In this document: positions 25,227-32,000 of the stretch, piece after piece | How the letters are laid out: every line of letters starts with the position of its first letter | Numbering within the stretch: the first letter of the stretch is position 1 | Assembly: GCA_964480775.1 (NCBI GenBank) | Contig: CAYZRF010000008.1 | Location: 1-32,000 of the forward strand | Length of the DNA: 32,000 nucleotides | Source of the DNA: an uncultured Nitrososphaerota archaeon | Lineage (GTDB): Archaea; Korarchaeota; Korarchaeia; Korarchaeales; Korarchaeaceae | Reading direction: 5' to 3' | Position numbers and translations under genes: made by a program | Notes under the pieces: model-generated | The model's database searches: none | The model's input: only the letters and a program-made list of their open reading frames with translations | What the model was told of the DNA's origin: nothing

Positions 25227-26966
25227 TCAGAATCTCTTTTCTCCAAGATTCTTTCTCCTCTTTTTTAATTCTTCCCTCAAGAGTCTTGTTCTCTCATAGT
25301 CTATCTGGAAAGTATCTTTGTCAATGACCACTCCATATATTTTCCTTGCACTTTCGATTGTCACAAACTCATTTAGGACATCCCATCTTACTTTTTCAGG
25401 ATCCCTTTCCAACGGGTCCCCCCAACCTCCTCCACCAGAGGTTTCGACGAATATTTGCGTCCCAGCAGGGTGTGGCTTGTAGCTGGTAGATCCTATGAAC
25501 TTCTTTCCATCCGGCGTAATGTAGCCCGTCACTGCCCTACTACCAGGTAGACCTCCACAAAGCCCCCAGGGAGGAACTCTGTAGCGTTGTACTGAAAATC
25601 CCCCAGTGCAAGGGACAAGCAGAGTTATCACTCTGGTTATTCCTACCCCTCCCCGATATTTTCCTGCCCCTCCAGTGTCTGGAAGTATTGCGTACTTATT
25701 CACCAAGAAAGGGAATTCCAACTCTATTGATTCTACTGGAGCGTTAAGGGTGTTGGTCATGGTTGCGTGAGCTGCGTCCATCCCGTCTTGGTTGTGCTTC
25801 GCACCGTGACCTCCAGCATATGTCTCAACAAAGGAGAAGAAAGCTTTCTTCCTTGGATCCCACCCTACAACTCCACCTGCTGGCCAATCCTCCGTGCAAG
25901 CCGTTACCCTATTTGGAGCAATTTCGAAGAAGGCCTTGAATATAACATCCACAACTCTGTTAGTAGGACAGCTTGTGCAGGCTCCAACGGCCCTTGGCCA
26001 CTTTGCATCGAGAATTGAAGGCTCTTGGGGTCTTTTTACGTGTATCCTTCTGTAAGTTCCTGAGTTCGTAAGTATGTTCGGTGCGACAATGGATTTTATC
26101 GCGAAATAGGTTGCTGAAAGCGTCAGCGACCAAGGAGCGTTTATGGAAGTTTCAGTTGGTCCTGCCGAGCCAGAGAAATCGACGTAAACATCACCGCCAG
26201 TCTTTTTCACCTTAACCTTTATTGGAAGGAGCTCTTCTCTAAGCTCAACGTAATCCTCAGCCTCTCCTTCGCCATCTTCTATTTCCATAAGAGCATCTGC
26301 CATCATGGTTTCAGAGTGCTCGAGAATGGCTTTCATGTACTGAAGTATCGTTTCTTTACCATATCTCTTTACCAATTCTCTTAAAGCTCTATCTGCCCTG
26401 TTTATCGCAGCTATCTGCGCCATTAGATCTCCCTTCACTTCCCTGTAGCACCTTAGCTGAGCCGTTATCAGCCTTAACAGGTCCTCCTTAAGTTTTCCTT
26501 TTTCTACCAACTTCACTGGCTCAATTCTCAATCCTTCATCAAATATCTCGGCCTTTTCCTCGCGTAGGAAGTCCCTGCCTCCAATATCTATATGATGGGC
26601 AAGGTTTCCTGCAATTGCAATTGGTTCTCCATCGTAGTATAAAGGAGAAAAGAGCATCACGTCCCACAGATGAGAGCCCATTCTGTACGGATCATTAGTA
26701 ATGATCACGTCTCCAGGGTTCAGTTCCTCTATTGGAAACTCCTTCAGTACCTCTTTTATTGCGTTAGGTAGGATACCGAGGTGTACTGGGATGAAATGAC
26801 CTTGAGCTACCATTTCTCCTCCAGTTTCATATATCGCACAAGAGCAGTCCCTTCTAATCTTGATATTGTTAGAATAAGCTGATCTAATTAGCGCAAAACC
26901 CATTTCATCTGTTAGGGCCGTGAATGCGTTAATTAAGACGCCAAGCAAAACGGGATCTACTTTCAT
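25227..26966 (-). CDS. hyuB: hydantoinase B/oxoprolinase family, B (alpha) subunit
   Basis: 579 aa. 'VIITNDPYRMGSHLWDV' and 'GGGGWGDPLERDPEKV' are hallmark hydantoinase_B blocks. ATG start. Confidence 0.9.
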   Translation of the reverse strand: MKVDPVLLGVLINAFTALTDEMGFALIRSAYSNNIKIRRDCSCAIYETGGEMVAQGHFIPVHLGILPNAIKEVLKEFPIEELNPGDVIITNDPYRMGSHLWDVMLFSPLYYDGEPIAIAGNLAHHIDIGGRDFLREEKAEIFDEGLRIEPVKLVEKGKLKEDLLRLITAQLRCYREVKGDLMAQIAAINRADRALRELVKRYGKETILQYMKAILEHSETMMADALMEIEDGEGEAEDYVELREELLPIKVKVKKTGGDVYVDFSGSAGPTETSINAPWSLTLSATYFAIKSIVAPNILTNSGTYRRIHVKRPQEPSILDAKWPRAVGACTSCPTNRVVDVIFKAFFEIAPNRVTACTEDWPAGGVVGWDPRKKAFFSFVETYAGGHGAKHNQDGMDAAHATMTNTLNAPVESIELEFPFLVNKYAILPDTGGAGKYRGGVGITRVITLLVPCTGGFSVQRYRVPPWGLCGGLPGSRAVTGYITPDGKKFIGSTSYKPHPAGTQIFVETSGGGGWGDPLERDPEKVRWDVLNEFVTIESARKIYGVVIDKDTFQIDYERTRLLREELKKRRKNLGEKRF

Positions 26967-27177
26967 AGCACTTGCCTTCGATCTTTTATGGGGGATTTTG
27001 AAAAATTTTAGCGTTAGTTATAGAAGAAAGCTCTTTGCACTTTTTCTTCACCCAAGTGATTTCTAAGAACCTATTTTGATAATTTTTGTGAGAAGTTATG
27101 CTGTATCTAATGCCTTCTACCCTGTGAAAGAGTGTTTTAATAGACGTTAGAGAATCCACTAGGCGGTTGAATAAACA

Positions 27178-28053
27178 ATGGAAGGAAGAGTCAGGTACAA
27201 TACAGATGGAAATTGGTATAAGGGAAATGTTCACATTCATTCAAATTGTTCCGATGGCCTTCTCTATTACGAGCAGATCGCTCAGCTTTATGCCCGTGCA
27301 GGATATGACTTCATTTTCATAACAGACCACAATTATACTTCGACAATCGAAGATCATGAAAATCTACCACTTCTTGCAATAAACGGGGTTGAAATACACG
27401 GAAAAGATGAGTATGGGAGCTTTTTCCATGTTGTCGGGCTTGATTTCTCTATTCCGTTGCCAGATAATATCTCTTTCCCTGAAGCATTTCGGATGTTGAA
27501 GTCCAATAACGCCATTACTATTCTTGCACACCCTCACTGGTCAGGCAATTCGCTATCTGATGCATTAAGACACGACTTCGATGGGATAGAGATCTATAAT
27601 CATCTGTGTCATTGGCTGAACGGAAAGTCCTATGGTTTATTCTTGTGGGACCACATGCTGGAAAGGAACCCAAACACACTTGGATTTAGCGTAGACGACG
27701 CCCATATGTTACCAGAACAGCCTTGGTGGAACGGAGGCTGGATCGTAGTAAACGCCGCATCCTTAGAACGAGAAAACATAGTCACAGCTATAAGGGAGGG
27801 CAACTTTTACTCTACTCAAGGACCAGAATTTAAGAAAATCGAGGTAACGGGCTCAAGAATATATGTGGAAACCTCACACGTTCAAGCAATCCGACTCGTG
27901 GGTCCAAAATGGAAGGGAAAAAGAATTAGCGCTTCAAGCAAAAAAGGATTAAGGGAAGCGGAGTTTAGTATTGAAAGTGCCGATCACTACCTCAGAATTG
28001 AAATTGAAGATTTCTACGGCAAAAGGGCCTGGACAAACAACATCTACAGATGA
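27178..28053 (+). CDS. PHP-domain metal-dependent phosphoesterase/hydrolase (CehA/McbA-like)
   Basis: 'KGNVHIHSNCSDG...AGYDFIFITDHN...ILAHPHW' are PHP His/Asp motifs. 291 aa. Confidence 0.75.
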   Translation: MEGRVRYNTDGNWYKGNVHIHSNCSDGLLYYEQIAQLYARAGYDFIFITDHNYTSTIEDHENLPLLAINGVEIHGKDEYGSFFHVVGLDFSIPLPDNISFPEAFRMLKSNNAITILAHPHWSGNSLSDALRHDFDGIEIYNHLCHWLNGKSYGLFLWDHMLERNPNTLGFSVDDAHMLPEQPWWNGGWIVVNAASLERENIVTAIREGNFYSTQGPEFKKIEVTGSRIYVETSHVQAIRLVGPKWKGKRISASSKKGLREAEFSIESADHYLRIEIEDFYGKRAWTNNIYR

Positions 28054-28165
28054 GACTCAATTAAAGGATAATAAGAACCAAAATATTTGTTTCCTCTTTA
28101 CATCATAGATTTAGTCTGAGTATGGTTCTAGGATGTATAGCTCCTCAGTAAATGAGAGTTTGAAT

Positions 28166-28621
28166 CTATCCCTTGCTAATGTCCAACACTTCAGCGTTCT
28201 GATATTCAACGATTCTTTTTGGATCAAGCTTAGAAAGTCTGTCGATGCGCCCGCCTCCTCCGATAACATAAGCGTTGCTAAGGACTCTTTCGTCGACCAC
28301 CGTCTTTATCTTCAATCCTACTGGTGGAACCTCCCCTATCTTATACCCAGTTATAGACAAGACCTCATCTGGGTTTGCCAGCCTACAAGAACCAAAGAGC
28401 TTTGAGAGTTTTTCTACATCAGCTTTGGTGTCGCCCCCTACTACGGCAAGAAAAGGACCTATTTTCTCCGAAATAAAAACCAATGACTTTATTATCTGTT
28501 TTGGGCTTGAATTTGTATGTTTGGCTGCCTGTGCCACCGTTTTGACTGGTTTCCCAACATCTATCATCTCTCCACCCAGTTTTTCTATCAAGTTCTCGAA
28601 CTCATTTCGATCCATGTTCAT
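28166..28621 (-). CDS. YbaK/ProX-family aminoacyl-tRNA deacylase
   Basis: 151 aa. 'IIKSLVF...FLAVVGGDTKADVEKLSKL...LANPDEVLSITGYKIGEVPPVG' fits the YbaK/prolyl-tRNA-synthetase-associated editing domain. Confidence 0.75.
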   Translation of the reverse strand: MNMDRNEFENLIEKLGGEMIDVGKPVKTVAQAAKHTNSSPKQIIKSLVFISEKIGPFLAVVGGDTKADVEKLSKLFGSCRLANPDEVLSITGYKIGEVPPVGLKIKTVVDERVLSNAYVIGGGGRIDRLSKLDPKRIVEYQNAEVLDISKG

Positions 28622-29265
28622 CCACCAAATTCGAGAACAACCTAGCTTGTTCTCTATCCTTTGATGCCCTCTCTTTTAACTCTTTCTAAGCTGATTCTTC
28701 CTACAAGCGGGGTCGTTCTGTTAGCAGCACACTAACTTACGGTAATGTAGTTAATTAAGCGTTTAAGTTTTTCTTGTACTCTCTTGGGCATCGTCTTCGT
28801 TTCTAAGTGGATAATTAGCCGAACGAACACAAATCTACGAAGAAAAAGTTGATCACCCTTTTACTTAGAATATGATAAGCGTGTTGATAGACACGGCCTA
28901 TGTTGCCCTTTGATGCCAAGGGGTGAGGGGGTAATGATGGTAAAATGTTGCTTAAGGCCATCTTTTGGAGGGTCAATGATCTAACAATGTGGGAAAATGC
29001 CTCATCTTATGATAAAAAGCTGTTTTAGGAGATTATAAAATGAAATATCGTTAGCAAGATCAGTTTACATATCTTAGGAGGGATAAAAAGGCTTTCTTTC
29101 TATTATTTTTAAAACTGCTTATTTTTCCGTTTTTCTATATCTTTTAAGCCTTGTTTGTGATAAATATAGGTTTTCACATTTAAGTAACTCACTAACCGCT
29201 TAGAACGCAGATATAAATGCCAAAATTCTGTCTAAGTAAATTTAGTTTTGAACCTAAAAAGGCCC

Positions 29266-29332
29266 AAAAAAACAAGATGAAAGTTGTGCACCAGATTATG
29301 GCTTGTGATTCCTCTCATAAATTAAGAATCAC
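29266..29332 (-). terminator. hairpin (GTGATTC-14 nt-GAATCAC, 29305-29332) followed by T7/T5 tracts on the minus strand (A7 29266-29272 on plus)
   Basis: The 7-bp perfect stem begins 15 nt after the PNPOx-like stop (29347). The downstream RNA would read CUUGUUUUUUUGGGCCUUUUU. Confidence 0.35.
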
Positions 29333-29346
29333 TGGATGGTCTTGTT

Positions 29347-29832
29347 TCATATTGTCACTCCTTTAGACTTCTTCCCGGTCATATAGTCTATGTCAATCCT
29401 TCCGATTAGAACCTCATCCAAATCGTGATTTGAAAGCTTTGATATGAGATCTTCTGGGTTACTATCAAGATGTCTTATCATGCATTCAAGGGCATGTCGC
29501 TTCTCATCAATGTCATCGACAAAGGTCACTTTTCCAGAAAAGTGTACAGAAGCATAGAGGTGGTCACATTTGCCCATCGAGTAACCAAAATCCAAGAGCA
29601 CTTGACCCCATACCAAATTGTTTTCCCTAAGGTAATCCAGTTTCTTGCCCTCTCTTGCACAGTGAAAGTACATTCTATTGTTTTCTTCATCATAACCGTA
29701 ATTTAGCGACACAAGATATGGTTTGTTTTGCTTGCACATAGCTATCGTTACAAATTGTGCCGATTTCAAGATCTTCTTAAGAACTACGGGATCTTTTATC
29801 TCCTTGTCCTTTCTTCTCAGGTGATATCTCAT
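29347..29832 (-). CDS. pyridoxamine 5'-phosphate oxidase-like FMN-binding split-barrel protein
   Basis: 'MRYHLRRKDKEIKD...ILKSAQFVTIAM...KPYLVSLNYGYDEENNRMYFHCAREGKKLDYL' is typical of the Pyridox_ox_2-type family. ATG 29832 is preferred over the upstream TTG 29904. Confidence 0.75.
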   Translation of the reverse strand: MRYHLRRKDKEIKDPVVLKKILKSAQFVTIAMCKQNKPYLVSLNYGYDEENNRMYFHCAREGKKLDYLRENNLVWGQVLLDFGYSMGKCDHLYASVHFSGKVTFVDDIDEKRHALECMIRHLDSNPEDLISKLSNHDLDEVLIGRIDIDYMTGKKSKGVTI

Positions 29833-30051
29833 GAAATTGCCCCTTTTCCAATTAGTACATGTAAAATAAAAAGCTAAATTCTTATTACGTTTCAGACAAA
29901 GCAAAAAAAGCCTTTTGAAGCTGTAAACTACACGATCCCTTTTATTAATAAAATTACTTATAAATAGGAAAAATCATAAGAGAATTCGAGCAGACCGTTA
30001 AGATCCATCCCCAGATTGTTTTGTCAGTTTCCTTTTTGGTAAGATCTGAGT

Positions 30052-30852
30052 CTAAAAAGGTTGATATTTCCCAAGTCTGCGCAGTATCACTCTTTCTGGA
30101 TCTATTTCTTTTCTAATCAATCTAATTTCCTCTTTAGTTGGTTCTGGAGTCTTTTTCGCCCTTGAAAAATCTAAAGGGAATCCTGTCTCCTCTTGAATTA
30201 GCTCTCGGCTTACTCCAGGATGTATTTCCGCCACATACGCGTGTCTATCCTTATTGTCAAATTTTATTACGCAAAGGTCTGTTACCACAGTTACTGGGCC
30301 GCCCCTGTTCAATCCAACCTCATTTCTACTATCTGAGCCCTCCAACCAGCCCACGCTTGTAAGATAATCTACTTTGGGTGGAAATCTTCTTTTTTCGTGT
30401 TTCATAATTATTACAGTTCTCTTTGCTAACGCTGCAATGTCTCCAGCACCCCCGCTTCCAGGTAAACGCACTCTAGGCTTCCAGTAATCTCCTATGGCTG
30501 TTGAATTTAGATTTCCATACATGTCGCATTGGGCACCTCCAAGAAAACCAACATCAACGCGTCCTCGTTGTAAGATGGTTCCAAAAACGTCAAATAGCCC
30601 GCTACATATGGTTGAGCCGTGAACGCATCGCGGATCCCCCACGCTACCTGGAAGGTGTAACAGCTTGCTATCGATCGTTCCTGCCTCGAAAATAACTATA
30701 AGATCAGAGGCATGCGTTTTTTTAGCGAGCATTGCGGCGATCATCGGAAGACCAGTTCCGATGAATGCTATTTCTCCGTTCTTGAGTTCTTTTGCGGCTC
30801 TGCTGATCATGAGTTCTACCGTGGTATATTTGGTTAGATCATCCTCGTCCAT
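30052..30852 (-). CDS. gctB: family-I CoA-transferase subunit B, glutaconate CoA-transferase GctB-like
   Basis: 266 aa. 'GGAQCDMYGNLNSTAIGDY', 'LPGSGGAGDIA', 'MKHEKRRFPPKVDYLTSVGW' and 'IRKEIDP' agree closely with my recollection of Acidaminococcus GctB. 'FEAG' occupies the place of the catalytic Glu. Confidence 0.75.
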   Translation of the reverse strand: MDEDDLTKYTTVELMISRAAKELKNGEIAFIGTGLPMIAAMLAKKTHASDLIVIFEAGTIDSKLLHLPGSVGDPRCVHGSTICSGLFDVFGTILQRGRVDVGFLGGAQCDMYGNLNSTAIGDYWKPRVRLPGSGGAGDIAALAKRTVIIMKHEKRRFPPKVDYLTSVGWLEGSDSRNEVGLNRGGPVTVVTDLCVIKFDNKDRHAYVAEIHPGVSRELIQEETGFPLDFSRAKKTPEPTKEEIRLIRKEIDPERVILRRLGKYQPF

Positions 30853-30858
30853 TCTTTA

Positions 30859-31863
30859 TCACCTAAATGGCTCTCCTCTATGTATCTGGGTACTATAACC
30901 CAGAATTGAATCTGCTTTTAGTCTATAAAGCCTCTTCTCTCCTCCAATCTTTTTCAGGTATTCTGAAATTCCGTCAACGCTATAAACGTATTCTTCTAGG
31001 TACTTCTCGAAAGATTCACGGTCTGATTTGGCTGATCTTATGTATGTTGCATAGTGCTCTGGATCATAGTCGTAGTACTTGTAAACAGCTGTTGGATGGG
31101 CTCCATATGGGACTTGAATGATGGCGTCTACTAGGTAGAAGGGAATTTGGTTTCTTTCAGGTTCCACGCGTATTATTTCCTCAGATATAATTTCTTCGCA
31201 GGTTACAATAACTCTTTCGGCTGCTCTGGCCAAAAATTCGTCAACAAACGTTTGTCCAAGTATTCTTACTGTACCTTTTCCTCCACACATCTGAGCGTGA
31301 ATTATCGCAACTTCTGGCCTACATGCTGGTACTAAAGCTACTTTCTCACCCGTAAACGGACACTCTACTACTGCTATTTTTTTCTTAGGGAGTTTTGGGT
31401 CCTTTCTTCTTTTCCTTTTTCTCGAAGAAATTCCCCATTTAGTAATCATGTCAGAACCTAACATGCTCTTTGTAGGCATGAACGGCAAACCCAAGGCTCC
31501 AGCCACAAATCTAAGCGTTGCACCAAAGTTAGAATAATCCTCCCATTCGATCCGTCCCTCTTCTATGGCTCTCCTGAAGTTTGGACTCGGACTCACAAAG
31601 GGCTCATCTCCAACATAAGCCATTTCTATTCTTTTCACGCATCCAGCACCAATAAGCATGTCCGCATCTATTCCTTGGGAGCACCCGTATAGCACGAGGT
31701 TTCGCCTACGCTGTCTGATAATTTCTCTGATTAGCTCCATCGGATGCCTTTGTACAGTGAATCCTCCGAGGCCTAAGTGGCATCCGTTCGGTATAAACTT
31801 CTTAACGGCCTCTTCAACTCCCATAATCTTATCTTCAACGTTTTTTTCAATCTTTTTTGTCAT
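30859..31863 (-). CDS. gctA: family-I CoA-transferase subunit A, glutaconate CoA-transferase GctA-like
   Basis: 334 aa. 'LGLGGFT', 'GALGLPFMPT', 'VAIIHAQ', 'VIVTCEEIISEEIIR', 'VPYGAHP' and 'YDYD' blocks match GctA as I recall it. It lies 6 nt upstream of gctB, which indicates an operon. Confidence 0.75.
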   Translation of the reverse strand: MTKKIEKNVEDKIMGVEEAVKKFIPNGCHLGLGGFTVQRHPMELIREIIRQRRRNLVLYGCSQGIDADMLIGAGCVKRIEMAYVGDEPFVSPSPNFRRAIEEGRIEWEDYSNFGATLRFVAGALGLPFMPTKSMLGSDMITKWGISSRKRKRRKDPKLPKKKIAVVECPFTGEKVALVPACRPEVAIIHAQMCGGKGTVRILGQTFVDEFLARAAERVIVTCEEIISEEIIRVEPERNQIPFYLVDAIIQVPYGAHPTAVYKYYDYDPEHYATYIRSAKSDRESFEKYLEEYVYSVDGISEYLKKIGGEKRLYRLKADSILGYSTQIHRGEPFR

Positions 31864-32000
31864 CTAAAATCTCCCATCTAATTCTAAATCTTCTTGATTA
31901 GAATCATTTAAAGATAAAGGGTGAGGAAGAGTTGACCCTTTTAATCTCAATGAAACTAACCTTATAATAAGAATTCAAATTTTAGGCCACGCGACACCTA

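Noticed and set aside
26986-27240. Minus-strand 84-aa ORF in the hyuB/PHP divergent region.
   Set aside because: It overlaps the start of the well-supported PHP gene and the promoter region. It has no motifs and its sequence is A/T-driven.
28933-28990. AATGATGG ... CAATGATC could be C and C' boxes of an archaeal C/D box sRNA.
   Set aside because: No CTGA D or D' boxes occur at the required spacing, there is no terminal stem, and the C box is imperfect.
31381-31440. Extremely basic segment SSRKRKRRKDPKLPKKK in the GctA-like subunit, considered as an NLS-like or nucleic-acid-binding insertion.
   Set aside because: It aligns, at equal length, with the 'SKEVRKTLDKVPDDKFK' surface segment of GctA as I recall it. 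It is therefore a compositional variant of an existing loop and not an insertion.
1-32000. Window-wide scan for tRNA, rRNA, SRP/RNase P RNA, CRISPR arrays, IS elements and integrases.
   Set aside because: No T-loop consensus (GGTTCRAAYCC-like) was seen. There are no G+C-rich islands of the kind structured RNAs form in A/T-moderate archaeal genomes, no regularly spaced repeats, and no transposase or integrase motifs in any ORF.

Overview
This 32-kb chromosomal window looks archaeal. A/T-rich TATA-like boxes sit 20-45 nt upstream of several start codons, which suggests leaderless or short-leader mRNAs. GGTGA/GGAGG-type SD motifs occur elsewhere, and there are genuine TTG/GTG starts, an AbrB-type VapB plus PIN VapC pair, and Glu/Lys/Ile-rich proteins. 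About 30 protein genes are present, mostly for peptide and amino-acid catabolism: an MlrC/M81 peptidase, an S9 acylaminoacyl-peptidase-like enzyme, a TolB-like propeller, a membrane-anchored gamma-glutamylcyclotransferase, hydantoinase/oxoprolinase A and B subunits, saccharopine dehydrogenase, an HpcH/HpaI aldolase, a Cys/Met-family PLP enzyme and a GctAB-like CoA-transferase. Housekeeping-type enzymes include flavodoxin-like, GNAT, YbaK deacylase, PNPOx-like and PHP hydrolase genes. I recognised no rRNA, tRNA, CRISPR array, transposase or integrase. The unusual parts are as follows. (1) Two genes are each split at a 7-nt homopolymer: the S9 peptidase at C7 21297-21303 and a propeller/Ig-like/5-TM surface protein at A7 13305-13311. 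(2) An A/T-rich accessory block at about 11.4-15.3 kb carries vapBC, the surface-protein gene and a decaying tandem array of PH/GRAM-like paralogues. (3) Gene remnants are present (a CPBP protease tail and a DUF3795 stub). (4) hyuA and hyuB converge tail-to-tail and are flanked by divergent DUF1847 and PHP genes. (5) Several repeat motifs look like operators. (6) A 725-bp spacer has no gene. I did not find a clear-cut, self-contained novel multi-gene system. The items above are the best follow-up candidates, and all family calls come from motif recognition by eye, not from database searches.
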